From Minutocellus sp. GHC0000111 (lineage: Eukaryota): a stretch of DNA of 64,000 nucleotides. The translations under genes and the position numbers were made by a program. A model generated the notes under the pieces. That model had not been told where the DNA came from and ran no database searches. It saw only the letters and a program-made list of their open reading frames with translations. Shown one piece after another: positions 22,303 to 34,150 of the stretch; the first letter of the stretch is position 1; each line of letters starts with the position of its first letter. The stretch lies in assembly GCA_977018835.1 (NCBI GenBank), contig OZ361259.1, positions 4,030,001 through 4,094,000 on the forward strand, given 5' to 3'.

Positions 22303-25083
22303 ATGACGGGGGGCGAAAGAGGTGAGTTGGATCGAGTGAGTCATTTTCCGGCCTGCAGATCGCAGTCATTTCGGCTCATGCTCAAGATGGTGCCTCGGCC
22401 GGAGACTCCCGAGCCAGGCGACGGCGGTGGCGACGGCGTGCCATCCCTCGATCCGTCGGCGTCCGATATCCTCGTCCAACCCGCAACGAATCCCATCGGC
22501 GGTGCGGCAACTCCGACACGACGCAATCGACGACCTCGCGATGCCGGCACAACCAGTGCCACCACCCACACCGCCGATCCAGCCTCGCAATCAGCTCATC
22601 TGCAAACCACCGGTGCGTTCCCGACGGAGCAAGATTTGGAGTCCAAATATGGCCCGTCGTCGGCTTCGTCGTTGAGGAGGCACGTGCTATCACCGGCGGG
22701 TGGTGGGAGGGTCGTCCGTCGGCCGGTAGTGGAGCGCACCCTGAAGAGGCTTTGCACTCTGGCGCTTCCACCATTGGACGGTTCGGAGAACATGTCGAGC
22801 GAGGCCGTAGCTGCAAGAGGAACCGTGGATACGTCACATGCTGGTAATTTGGCGGGAGAAGAAGCAATGAGAACCAGCAGCCGACAGCGAACGACATCGG
22901 GCATGAGTGCGGGCGATGCAGCTGCCATCGCGTCCGCGGCGGCGTCGCTGACACCTGCCGATGAGTCCGACGGTCGATCCATATCGTCTCGAATGTCTCA
23001 CGCCACTGGAACAACGGCACCGGTGACCAATACTGCGAGTAGCGTTGCAAATACCACTGCCGTGACGTCGTCGGCTCATGACCACGGTCAACAACTGGAA
23101 GCGTCGTTCCCGCCGGCCCGGCCCAACTTTGCACCGGGGTGCCAACCTATCATTGTGTTTGGTCGATATGTCGTGGCGGCTACCGACGATGGACGTGTTT
23201 GTCTGTTTGCCGTAAAATCGTTTGAAGAGAATGTGGACATAACCGCTCAAAGTAGTGAAAACAATAATGAGGACGAAGGCGGGGATTGGGATGCAATGGA
23301 GCGAATGAAGGAACGGATCAATCGCATCGAAGATGAACGGAGCGCCGTTTTACCAGTGGGCACAGTGGGTCCATTCCGAATCGGCGGCGGGCTCATGTCC
23401 AATGACAGAGATGCAAGCGCAGGTGCTGCTGATGAGTTCGACTTACCAGGCGGCATTGTCGCTCTTGCTGCCACTCCTGCGCATGTGCCCCTGCCGACGT
23501 ATCGCAGACGAAAGAAGCGAAGAAGGCCTGGAGATGCCGAAGATGAGGGCGATGAGGATCCTCCTCCGCCACCTCCCAAGGCAGGACTTTCGTTCTTGGG
23601 GCACATTGTTGCCTTGACATCGGAAGGCGACGTCCATGTTCTTCAAGTGTATGAAAGTGACAATGATCCCAGGTATATTTCTCGACCATTTGTGGAAGTT
23701 CTCGCCTCCTTCTCAACCATGACGTTTTGTGCTACGTGCATTTGTATCCGAAAGGCTCAAGGGCAGCCAGAGAATGACGGCACATCTGTCCCCGCCATGC
23801 GGATATGTGTGGGCCATGACAACGGAATTATTGGAGAGTGGGAAGTTGTGATAACTTGCGACGCACCCTTTGTGAGTGCCGCTGGCGGTATCCGGCGGCC
23901 AACACTGGCTGCTGCTGAAACAAAAGAAGAGCCGGAGGCACCGGTTGATGCCGTATCGGCGGCAGCCGGGGCTCTTGACAAAATTGCCATGGCAAATCAT
24001 CATTCAAAAAGACGCGAGAGCGAGCAGGGTGGGGCCGAAGAAGGTGAATGGCAAGAGTCTAATGATGCTACTGCTGATGATGTGGAGGGTAAAGAGGTTC
24101 AAGATACTCGAGAGCAATCGCAGCCGCCAGAACCCAAAGAACAGTCGCAGCCTCCTCCACTCAAGTACTCAATTCCACGACCTCGCCTTATGTGGGCAGG
24201 GCAGCTCGATGCGCCGATCCGAAGTCTGTCCACGCTTGGCGGTGACGCTACGACCAGTGAGGATGCTGATCTCGTCCAGTTTCAGCAGACACATGTCGCT
24301 ATTGGCCTTGCTCAGAGAGCAAAATCGCCTCATGGGAATCCTATACCATCGCCTTCCACCTCGCTACCTCCATCTTTGGCTATAGAGGTAGTAAATTCTC
24401 TTCAGGCAGAAGTTGCATGGCAACAAGTCCGCTCAAACGAAGCCGACATGAGTCATCGGAGCAAGGGGCTTGACCCAGTGCCGCTTTTTGACGTGTGCAC
24501 TTGGCCTGGAGTCGGAATGGAAATACGTGACGGGTCAATGATCCCCGATCTTCAGAGTGGAAGTGGTTCTGATTACATGACATCGAGGATTGACGACGAT
24601 ATGGTCCGCGGTGCATGTTTGGGGCTTGAGAGTAGCTCGGGATTTGCCGTCGCGGTGTCTGATGAAACAGTGGCCGTGTCCGATGTAATCAAACAAGTCA
24701 ATGGAATGCCTTCCTGGGGTATTGCGAGTAACCAAAACCAACTATTCCTTCCAGGGCCATCTATTGGAATGGGGTGCTTCAATCATAACGCGGAAGTGCC
24801 GACCATAGCTTACTGCCTTCAAGGAGGTTTGGTCTTTGCCGTACCAGCAGCCGGCTCGGACTCATCAAGCACCGGTGGCTTTCCTCAAGTTGTTTTGTAC
24901 CAGTATCCATTTGATCTCGAGGGAGAGGACGATGATATCGTTCGGTTCGCGCATGGATTTGTGGCTGGAGATGTGATTGTTTCGGAGATCGGAGGGGGGA
25001 AATTGCAAGAAGGATTGTCGCCAGTTGTTGGGTTTTCATGGGCTGGAGGGGTTATGGATATTTTTGGATGTGGTTGCATGTGA
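22303..25083 (+). CDS. Large hypothetical protein, possible degenerate beta-propeller with long disordered inserts
   Basis: 926-aa ORF with beta-rich blocks (VVAATDDGRVCLF, IVALTSEGDVHV, ICVGHDNGIIGEW). True start may be 22378 or 22388. Confidence 0.65.
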   Translation: MTGGERGELDRVSHFPACRSQSFRLMLKMVPRPETPEPGDGGGDGVPSLDPSASDILVQPATNPIGGAATPTRRNRRPRDAGTTSATTHTADPASQSAHLQTTGAFPTEQDLESKYGPSSASSLRRHVLSPAGGGRVVRRPVVERTLKRLCTLALPPLDGSENMSSEAVAARGTVDTSHAGNLAGEEAMRTSSRQRTTSGMSAGDAAAIASAAASLTPADESDGRSISSRMSHATGTTAPVTNTASSVANTTAVTSSAHDHGQQLEASFPPARPNFAPGCQPIIVFGRYVVAATDDGRVCLFAVKSFEENVDITAQSSENNNEDEGGDWDAMERMKERINRIEDERSAVLPVGTVGPFRIGGGLMSNDRDASAGAADEFDLPGGIVALAATPAHVPLPTYRRRKKRRRPGDAEDEGDEDPPPPPPKAGLSFLGHIVALTSEGDVHVLQVYESDNDPRYISRPFVEVLASFSTMTFCATCICIRKAQGQPENDGTSVPAMRICVGHDNGIIGEWEVVITCDAPFVSAAGGIRRPTLAAAETKEEPEAPVDAVSAAAGALDKIAMANHHSKRRESEQGGAEEGEWQESNDATADDVEGKEVQDTREQSQPPEPKEQSQPPPLKYSIPRPRLMWAGQLDAPIRSLSTLGGDATTSEDADLVQFQQTHVAIGLAQRAKSPHGNPIPSPSTSLPPSLAIEVVNSLQAEVAWQQVRSNEADMSHRSKGLDPVPLFDVCTWPGVGMEIRDGSMIPDLQSGSGSDYMTSRIDDDMVRGACLGLESSSGFAVAVSDETVAVSDVIKQVNGMPSWGIASNQNQLFLPGPSIGMGCFNHNAEVPTIAYCLQGGLVFAVPAAGSDSSSTGGFPQVVLYQYPFDLEGEDDDIVRFAHGFVAGDVIVSEIGGGKLQEGLSPVVGFSWAGGVMDIFGCGCM

Positions 25084-25125
25084 ATACAAGAGTTCGAAGG
25101 TAAAAATAAATGGGATTAAGAGGGT

Positions 25126-26208
25126 TTATATCGCCACTACTCTTTTGTTGCCACCCTCGCCGATTGCTGGCATTTCATCTCTGTTGTAGTGAACCGCTTC
25201 ATCTTCGATACGACCTCCTCCAACTAAAGACCATTTAAAACCAATCGATTCAAGTTTATTGATTTCGTCCTGCGAGATGGGTGATCTTCTGTTCGCTCCT
25301 CTGTAGCGTTTGCGCTGTGCTAGAACCCACCGGCCAAGGGCCTGGTTCTCTTTCCATCTTTTCGGCACGTCGCAATGGCCATGTTCATTTTTGAAGAGTA
25401 TAAGTTCCCTGTATCGATCTTCCCAGCTTGGAAACCTGGGAGGAGCCACCCACTGAAATCCAAGAGCTTCCAGTTTCGCGACGTTGTCGGGAGAAAGTTT
25501 TGTCCCGTACCTCCTGTTGCCCTTGTAACGCTGTCGCTGTCTTGCTACCCAACTGGCAAGAAATTTATCCTTCCAGCGAGCTGGCACATTGCAATGTCCA
25601 AACTTACGTTTGAATTCCACTAGGTCGTTGTAACGAACTTGCCAGGCCTCTTCAGGAGACATTGACCTTTTCGGAGCGGGCTGTACTTTGTTCTTCGCCT
25701 TCGCCACGTTTGACTTCAGGCGGCGAGAGGAAGTCCTTCTCGGAATTTCAATATTTATAATAAGCGCGGTGCCTGAGTTTGCTTCATTTGGAAGTGGCGG
25801 CGACACCGATCTCCCATCACTACTTGGAACTACAGTTTCGCTATCAAAATCCGAAAGACTTGAGGTGTCGAGTACCTTCACTGGAGGTGGATGTTCCACG
25901 GTACCGCTCTTGGACTTCGCAATCTCTTGATACAGATTTTCAATCTTCCTTAGGTCTTCTTCGATGAGTGCAAGGGAGCATTCTCCATCAAGACTACGCA
26001 CCTCCGAAGATCTCCTCTCGTTCTCGTGCATGATTTTATTTGCGCGGTTCTTTGCCTTGTTAAGAATGATAAGAAGCCGTTCTTTGTTAAGCTCCTTCTG
26101 TCGCTCTCCCATCTCGTCAACAAATTTACTCATTTCTTTCTGGACCTCACAGGTGCGCGCTTCAAAGTCCTCCTGGCTGAGATTGGCGTGTGGACACACA
26201 GATGACAT
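25126..26208 (-). CDS. Helicase-associated (HA) domain protein, two HA repeats
   Basis: WQVRYNDLVEFKRKFGHCNVP..LASWVARQR..LEALGFQW and WEDRYRELILFKNEHGHCDVP..LGRWVLAQR..LESIGFKW. Confidence 0.9.
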   Translation of the reverse strand: MSSVCPHANLSQEDFEARTCEVQKEMSKFVDEMGERQKELNKERLLIILNKAKNRANKIMHENERRSSEVRSLDGECSLALIEEDLRKIENLYQEIAKSKSGTVEHPPPVKVLDTSSLSDFDSETVVPSSDGRSVSPPLPNEANSGTALIINIEIPRRTSSRRLKSNVAKAKNKVQPAPKRSMSPEEAWQVRYNDLVEFKRKFGHCNVPARWKDKFLASWVARQRQRYKGNRRYGTKLSPDNVAKLEALGFQWVAPPRFPSWEDRYRELILFKNEHGHCDVPKRWKENQALGRWVLAQRKRYRGANRRSPISQDEINKLESIGFKWSLVGGGRIEDEAVHYNRDEMPAIGEGGNKRVVAI

Positions 26209-26541
26209 GATTGTATAATTAGATGGTTTAGAATTCGAGCTTTTCTGGTGCTAAATGCTGCTGGTATGTTCAGGGAGATACGAATAAAATGCGACAATTG
26301 GATTGAAGTGAAGTCGATTTTTGGTGTTAGCGAGGATTGTACCTACTTAGATACTAGTAAGCTAGTCAATGTCTGCACGGAATATTCTTCAGAGAGAACG
26401 TGAAACCTTCCACGCTTGACAATCCAATTATACTGATACCACGCTAAGCACAATTTGGATTGTTTGGTTCATCTAATTTACTAGAGGATTTCAATTGAGG
26501 ACTTGTCTTTGCACACATTTTCCTTCGCACCTCTCAACACC

Positions 26542-28057
26542 CTAACTGGCACTCACAATACCGTTGCTAATTTCAACATTGAAGTCATCGAACCATGCGG
26601 CGCCGGCCTGAACATCACCATAGTAAACAGCCCTCACATGAATCGCCTCGACATCCTTGGCCAGGGGAATGGTATTCTCGGCATACTCCCACCCATCGGT
26701 CCGTCCACCGGCAAACTCGGCCTCCTGACCGAGCAGCCAGCTACCGTCAAAGTACTTGACGTCAACGTAGACGCTCATGACGGCCGGACCGCCATGGATG
26801 GAGCTGGCACCGTCGCTCTTGGCATAACCGGAAAACTTCATCTGCGAACCAGCGTCGGCGTTGGACGGATAAATCCACAGGCTGGCACCACCCGACATCA
26901 CCTTGATGCTCTGCCCGCCAGAGTGGTAGGTGGTGGTATCCACGGTATATCCGCCCATGTAGGGCTTCCACCCGGCCGAGCGCAGATTTCCCTCAAATCC
27001 GGGGTTGGCCAACGCACCCTTGGTATTGTCAACGTTGACGAAGATGTCGTCGAAATACACCACCCCATGGTCGGTGGGGTCATTGCGGTACAGGACCGAC
27101 AGGTCGATGGACTCGACCATCTTGCCATTGGGGACGTCGAAGGCGTGCGTTTCCATCACCCATCCGGTGGTGGTACCGCCGTGGAACTGGGCCGCCTCGC
27201 CAAAGAGCGTGGTGCCGTCCGTGAAGGTGACGTCGGCCAGGATGGCGTAGTCGTTGAACAGCCCGGTGCCGGTGGAGATGGCCTTGGAGTATCCGCCGAA
27301 GGTGATGGTGGAACCGGAATGGCCGGCGCCGGGGGGCAACGTGACGGTCTGCCGGGCCCCGCCGTCGGTCACCTGGATGGACTGCGTGCCGGTGCGGGCG
27401 TTGGCGTTGGAGAGGGTGTATCCGCCGGATGACGAGGAGGCACCGTCGGCACTCGAGAGTGGAGATACGGAGGACCAGTCCTGTTGGTTAATGGTAGTAG
27501 AGGTGTGATGTCAAAGGAATGACGGAAGAGGAAAACAGAGTATAGGGTCAGAAAAGATGTGTAAATCTATAGTAGAGTAGTTCGTAGCGTTTCCTTTGTC
27601 AACCTCGGACGCAGAGACCATTCATTCATTGGCACGGAATTCGCGTGACTTGTCTGCAAAGGGTCATTTATCCCTTCGCCTGATTGATATTTCAGTCCAG
27701 CCAAGAAGGACGAGGTATCAAGCCACTTACCGAAGATACCGCCGATCCCTCGAACGAACCATTGGCAACGACAGCGGCCGTGAGGCGGCGGCGGCGCTGG
27801 GTCTGCTCCTTCCGGGCCTTGGTGGCGGCGTTCCGAGAGGCGGAGGCCTTGGCCTCGGCGGTCATTCTGCTCCCAAGATTGTTGGCCTGACTTGAGCTGG
27901 GGATGCCGCGATTGCGGTTGCGGCCCATGGGTCCCATCCGACGGCCGTTGCGAATGATCACCTCGGAGGGAGAGGCAGCGGATGCGACGTGGTTGGTGGT
28001 GGTCAGGGGAAGGAGGCCCACCGCGAGGAGGAGGGGGGAAACGAACCGCAACATCAT
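26542..28057 (-). CDS. Secreted protein with two tandem galactose-binding-like/CBM domains (exons 28057-27731, 27480-26542)
   Basis: Signal peptide MMLRFVSPLLLAVGLLP. Two repeats begin NGSFEG and NPGFEG and end YFDDIFV and WFDDFNV. Intron splices in frame. Confidence 0.75.
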
Positions 28058-28376
28058 CTTGGCGCTTTGATTTTGGTTTTTGTGTGAGAAATGGGTTGGA
28101 ATGATTACTGCCGCATCCGGGTTCTTTGGTCGTAAAATGTCTGTTCGTCGCCGTAAATCTCCGAATCTTCGCCACAGGAGAACCTGCACTTGAAGCGTCA
28201 ACCGCTCGATCGACGCGACCGCAAACGCAAATGCATCGGCACGAGATGTGCCATTATTAGTGCCACCCTCCAACCACCAAGATACGACAACGCCCCAGCC
28301 AAAATTGATGTTCCGGGGAGCCTCAGCAACGTCCAAGCTCTCTCCCCTCCGCACCCTCCTCCACCAGGCCGACACC

Positions 28377-29936
28377 ATGAGGCAAAGAGCGGCGGCGATC
28401 GGCGGCAGCCGCCGATCACGATCGATCATGACCAACGTCCTCGGCGGCGGTAGCAACAATGTCACCACCACTGCCTCCTCACTCGCATTGTTCATGGCCG
28501 TGGGATGCTTCGTCAATCTATTCGCCGTGGCGCTAGCCTCGGACAGCGGCAGTGCCAACCAACAGCAAGACTCGTCGGCCGATTCATCATCGTCGTCGTC
28601 TTCCACAACTCACGACACACCGTACGCCGCCCTCCAGTCCAACCACAAGACGTACGAGGGAGTTTACTCGGCCACCCCACCGATTGCCGGCATTGGGGAA
28701 TGCCCGACGTATGGCTGTCCCGTCCTGCCCAGGGACATTGTCTTTGATGCCCATGCCAAGGAAGCTCTCGAGAGCATCCGGGCCTTGTACACGGCTACCT
28801 CCTCCTCTTCTTCAGCGGATGCTGCTAGCACAGACGATTCATCATCGTCATCCGTGGACACTGCTGCATCAGAGCAAGCATTATCAACCCTTGGTTCGGC
28901 GGGCGGTGACGATCATGCCACCCTCACCCTCATTGGGTACAAGGGTGGACGAATGGATGACCAAGTTAATCAAGACCGGGCCTTTCTCATCTCGCCCTAC
29001 ATGGGCAAGAGCAGTCGGCGCATCGTCGGTGTATTTGATGGGCATGGACGGGGTGGGGAGTACGTGAGTGACTTTACGGTGACCAACCTCCCGGAGCATT
29101 TGGCCACCAAGCTGAGTGGAGATGATGTTGATAACAAAGATGAAAACAAAGCTACGGAGGAAGAAAAGGTGAAGAAGGTGCTGTTTGATGCGTTCGTGGA
29201 GATGGATCGGTCGGCACGGGCCACGCCGGATCATGTCACGGGTGGATGCACGGCGACGGTCGTGTTGCAGCTCGACGACAAGGCGTATATTGCCAATGCT
29301 GGAGATTCCCGATCGTTCATTGCCACCTATAGCAAATCCACCAAGGAGACCAAGGTGGTGTATGTGAGCCGCGAGGACAAGCCTCACCTTCCCGAAGAGC
29401 GACAGCGCGTCGAAAAAATGGGCGGACGGGTACGATTGCCTCCCCAACCGGGTGGAACGAGCCGAGTTATGTATCGGGATGCCATGACCGGAGGAGAATA
29501 CGGTCTTGCGATGAGCCGAAGTATCGGCGATTGGGCGGCCGGTGAGGTTGGTGTTATTCCCGATCCCTTGGTAGATGTGGTGGATTTGAACGAGCTGATA
29601 AATGGTGGTGGCAATGACGACGAAGGTAGCAGCAGCGAGCAAACCTGCACGGTGTCCGAGGATGGCGAGCAAAAATGTTTGGCAACTCCAGCCCAAGTTG
29701 TGGAGGGAGACATTCAAGTATTTGCCGTTTCGGCCACCGACGGTCTACTGGATTATGTTGGAATCGATGACATTGCCAAACACGTTGCTCTCGGACTTTA
29801 TGACGAAGAAGAAGGACCCCATCTGCTCTCCGCCTGCGAGGCATTGATATCAGCGGCTGCCGGTGGGTGGCATCGGCACCGTCAGGGCAGATATCGGGAT
29901 GACATTGCCATTAGTGTCAGCAAATTGACTTGGTGA
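28377..29936 (+). CDS. PP2C/PPM protein phosphatase with N-terminal hydrophobic segment
   Basis: NQDRA, GVFDGHG, GCTATV, IANAGDSR, EDKP..ERQRVEKMGG, LAMSRSIGD, ATDGLLD, DDIAI. Confidence 0.92.
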   Translation: MRQRAAAIGGSRRSRSIMTNVLGGGSNNVTTTASSLALFMAVGCFVNLFAVALASDSGSANQQQDSSADSSSSSSSTTHDTPYAALQSNHKTYEGVYSATPPIAGIGECPTYGCPVLPRDIVFDAHAKEALESIRALYTATSSSSSADAASTDDSSSSSVDTAASEQALSTLGSAGGDDHATLTLIGYKGGRMDDQVNQDRAFLISPYMGKSSRRIVGVFDGHGRGGEYVSDFTVTNLPEHLATKLSGDDVDNKDENKATEEEKVKKVLFDAFVEMDRSARATPDHVTGGCTATVVLQLDDKAYIANAGDSRSFIATYSKSTKETKVVYVSREDKPHLPEERQRVEKMGGRVRLPPQPGGTSRVMYRDAMTGGEYGLAMSRSIGDWAAGEVGVIPDPLVDVVDLNELINGGGNDDEGSSSEQTCTVSEDGEQKCLATPAQVVEGDIQVFAVSATDGLLDYVGIDDIAKHVALGLYDEEEGPHLLSACEALISAAAGGWHRHRQGRYRDDIAISVSKLTW

Positions 29937-30169
29937 TAACGCAATTAGATCGCCGATATTAAACCTACTTAACTATTGTCTAGCTAGTCTAGCTAGAGTA
30001 GGGAATTCTATGCGCGCTTACCATGGAATACCAAAACCTCTTCTCTCGGTTCTCCGAAAGTTCCCCAGATACGGAATGAATGGCACCGTCACAATTTTGC
30101 GATATCGGTAGAATTCTAGACTGAGTTGAGTGGTCCAGGGTGTATCCCTGCCGTCATCATGCACAGCTA

Positions 30170-31461
30170 CTACTTTTCCCCAACCCAGCCGCACAGATCA
30201 TTGACGTAGTGCTCGATCGAATCCCCAACAGTCAAATCATTCACAGATTTTACAAGCCTCGGATCGTGATGACTAATGTAATGTCGAATCGTGTCGTTCT
30301 TGCTATTCATTCGGTGTTGTAATAATTTCGCCGCCATTTCGGGACGAGGCAATTCCTCGTCGCTCAAGGGATCGCCTTGCGATTGGATTCTTTTTTCTCC
30401 GCTCGCAATACAGTTTCATTGCCGTCCTCGATGCTCCACCCGGTTCTAAATTGTCGGAAATAAAATCTGCTTAAGGAATGTATCCTGTCCACGTAACATC
30501 TTTGGACAAGAAGCCCAATGAAAATGTCTTCATGCTTTAGGTATCGCATATAACCAACGTTTGAATGAGATGAAATGCACTCGATGACTGACCTCGATAA
30601 GAGAAAGCCACACCCTTGACAAAAGGGTGGGAATTTTCTTTCGGGATACTCCTCCAAGCTGGTATAGTATTTGTTGTCTTTATTTCTCATCGGCGGGGCC
30701 ACCTCAAGACCACACTTTCCCATGTAATCAGGATTTGCTCCTATCTGATTTAGGTGCTTCAGATGCATTTCAAGTCTGTCCAAGGCAACATACGAGTCAT
30801 CGTCCGTCTTCATTGCGTGGGAAAAGTCAATATCGAATTCCCTTACCATCCGATTCACTATTGCAAAGAAAGTTGCCGTCTTGAAGGGAATTTTGTGGAA
30901 ATCTTCTTCAACGTCAACCCAAATCATGTCTCCGTACTCGTGGAATTCTGTTGCGATATTATCCCAATTCCCGCCAACAATGAAAAACACCCCTTGGTTT
31001 CCCTTGGCCCACGTTGTCCGTATGGTTTCTCTTCGTTGCACGTTGCTGGACGAGGACAAAACGCCAACAAAAAGTTTTGATGCCCTTTGCTCTTCAAATC
31101 TTTTGGGTTCCACTTTAAATTTCAGGGTTTGGCATGACACAACGAGCTCGTCCCTCGCTACAGGCGGTGGTGCCTGTGATGATGAGCAATTTGCAAAGGC
31201 GCCCGTTGATCCATCGGAAATGATGGTTACGGTTTCCGAAGCCAATACAATGGGTATGGTTCTATTGACTTGACATCTCGGATTGATATCACCTGTAGAA
31301 TCAGATATGAAATCAACATCGAGAGTCTGTATGGCATCGGTAAAGTCAAAAGGAATGTGGGCATCCTCTGCTCGTCGGGCAGCCAAAATGAGATTCAACA
31401 AGAAAACCACCGGTACCAGGAAAAGCAAAGCTTGGAGCAGTTTAGCATCTGATATTTTCAT
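30170..31461 (-). CDS. Glycosyltransferase family 31 (beta-1,3-galactosyltransferase-like), frameshift in T6 run at 30391-30396
   Basis: TM anchor; RRETIRTTW, MKTDDDSYV (DxD), FPPFCQGCGFLLS, EDIFIG. Confidence 0.88.
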
Positions 31462-31706
31462 CGCACATGAGTGTGGTTGCAGGCTACAGCTCTTCGTGGT
31501 AATGGTGGCAGCTCCATGGGCTTTCTCGCCCCACCACCCACCACCGACCACGCCACCCATGAAACTCTGTGTCATCGATTTTCGAATTCGCCGCCCCCCG
31601 CCAAAAAGACAAGCAATGGCTCGCTCTGCGTCAGACCGCATGACTGCATGAACTTGGAGTATCCGCATCGATACTGCTTCCACAACCCTCAGTCTTCTTC
31701 TTCCAT

Positions 31707-32667
31707 ATGTCTCCAGCCATGTCGAGCATCTACCTCCGCCAGCCTCTCTCCCGATCCCTCCTCAGCGCTGGACTTGGCCGGCTGCCATCTGCTGCGTCTG
31801 CCTCATCAAGCACGTCGGTGGCTCATCGAACTCGTCTCCTTCTTTCAACCTTGTCCGATTCCAACGAATTTCACAACCCAAATCAGCACAAGCAGCAGCA
31901 CCATCGGCGGGGCTGCACGTACGACACCTGTGCCCTGCCGAGGCGTCGCGACGGTGCAGCGGCAGATGGCTGGGACGTTACAGCTGCAAACGATTTGTCT
32001 GCAAACCACCTACCCCTCGACGGCTACTTTTCGAAGTCCACCTCCACGACCCACGAGGTGGAGACGGAGAGTCCCATCATTTTGGTAGTCGGCGGTCCTG
32101 CCAGCGGCAAAACCCTGCTGTGCGATCGACTGGCCAAGGACTGCGGCGTCGATCACATCTGTGCTGCCGACCTCATCCAAGAGGAGATGGAGAGCGGATC
32201 GTCCTTGGGGGTCGAAATTGTCAATCTGCAGCAACGCGGAGAGGAGATTCCCAGCGCCGTCATACTGGCCCTCATCAGGAAGCGAATTCGAACCAGCGGG
32301 GATGGCAACGGCAGGGCGCTGCTCACGGGCTTCCCCCGCAACGAGGAGGATGCCGAGGCATTCTGCCAGCTGCTGGGGAAACCCGAGCTTGCCATCTCCC
32401 TGGACTGCGACGACACGCTGCTGATGGAGCGAGAATTGTCGCGTACGGACCCCAAGCAAGGCGTCCGGTGATGTCGACGGTGCACTACAGAAGCTCCGGC
32501 GGTTCCGCAAGGAGCATAAGGCCACCATCAACCTGCTTCGGGAGCACCACGTGCCGTGTGTCAATTTGGACGGGAGTGGATCAGAGGACAATATTTGGAA
32601 ACAACTTTTGGCAATTGGACGGCTGATGCGAGGACCTGCCGCTGCCTCTTCGCCGGGTGGCAGCTAG
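31707..32667 (+). CDS. Adenylate/UMP-CMP kinase family protein with mitochondrial-type presequence, frameshift near 32452
   Basis: GGPASGK P-loop, HICAADLI, LLTGFPRN. C-terminus (KLRRFRKEH..VNLDGSGSEDNIW) lies in the shifted frame. Confidence 0.85.
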
Positions 32668-33896
32668 ATGAGAGGTGATATGTACTAGTATTGCATTTCT
32701 TGGTTAGAAAAGAGAGGGGCGCCCTTTTAGAGTAGAGTAGAATATCAGAGTAGAGTAGAGCATTTGTACAGAAACAAGTATTGGCAAAAGTAGCCAAACT
32801 TCGTACACTTGACGCACGTGCTATCAACCAAAACGGACCCCGATAATCAGCGACAGCAGGCCAATTCTCCACCAATTCAAAACCATATCGCTGCTTCAGC
32901 TTGGCATGGGCGTCAAGCTTTCCATCAACACCGTTGGGACCAAGATCGACCACATCAATATCCTTCTCCTGTACAGCACGATCCACAAGATCATGCGCTG
33001 CCCGAAACCAGCCATAATTCCTCGCAGCTTCGTCCGTCATATAGCACCACTGGCCTCGCAGGACGCTTCCCTTTCTCACTTCATGTGCAATGATTGCAAT
33101 AGGGCCTGCGGGATCTAATCGATATTCATAGATGGTGCCCGCCATCTTGGTACTGATTACGTATCGTTCAACCGCCTCGCAGATTGCCCCAAAGAATACC
33201 GAGGGATCAACAAGTTCATCATCACCATTTTCATCCAGCTTTCCCTTCAAATTTAATCGCAATTCATGCTCCATAATGCAACGAAAGACCGCCAACGACG
33301 AATGAGGAGCTGGTTCATCTCCAGTTATTGGCTTGGCAACAACTGTATAATTTATCTCTACTGCTCGTAGTGATTGACGGCAGGTTCTCTTCAATGACTT
33401 TTGCCAAGCCAACACATGGTCAATATCACGCACATTTAGGAGGGAATGTGGGTACTTTTCATCATATTGTTTCGTCCACTGCCCAGCGCCCAGAGGGCCG
33501 AGCGAATTGAGTTGCCGGTCCTCCAACGAGAGTATGGGACCAACGGGCTGCTCTTCGTCGTCCGGAAGAATCGCGAGAGCATCTTGGATCTTGGAGCAGT
33601 TGGACCTTTTGAGGAGATGGACGACCAAATACAGTCGACAAACCTACATCCAAGTCATCATATCGCTCATCTCCAACGATTGCTCGATTTATCCATGCAA
33701 ACAAATTCTTGATTTGATCCGATTCCTCAGGGATATCTTTGTTGACACCAACTTGCTCCTCGCCATCAACTGGTTGGGCAGCTTGGGCCAGACCAATGGG
33801 AAGATGATGACGAGGCCAGTGAGCACGTAGAGCTGCCTTCTGTCCCGCAAACGATGCTATTAGTGGGCAGATCGAGGCAAGCAGAAGAAGTTGCAT
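32561..33896 (-). pseudogene. Signal-peptide (likely plastid) protein, possibly GNAT-like C-terminal half, disrupted by a 7-bp duplication
   Basis: MQLLLLASICPLIASFAG. Removing one ATCTTGG copy at 33581-33594 joins the two ORFs (..VQLLQDALAILP..). 3' end uncertain. Confidence 0.6.
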
Positions 33897-33956
33897 CGCT
33901 TTGAATCGCGATACGAACACATCTTGTGCCTTTTGCAATCATCCTCATTTTTGGTG

Positions 33957-33988
<32 letters not shown>
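33957..33988. repeat. (CAAT)8 microsatellite between divergent genes
   Basis: Seen directly in sequence. Confidence 0.95.
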
Positions 33989-33990
<2 letters not shown>

Positions 33991-34150
33991 TTCGATACCA
34001 ATCTCCTGTGTTTTGGGTCGGTACCAGCTGTTCGCGATCGGTACCGACCAAATGCCATGCCACTCCGGTCACACTCGACTTCATCACCGTGCTCAGGGTG
34101 GTATTACCCCCTCCGTTGTTACTCGCGCAACTGACACCACTCCACAAACC

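Noticed and set aside
26503..27432. 309-aa + strand ORF
   Set aside because: Antisense shadow of the GC3-rich CBM-like gene.
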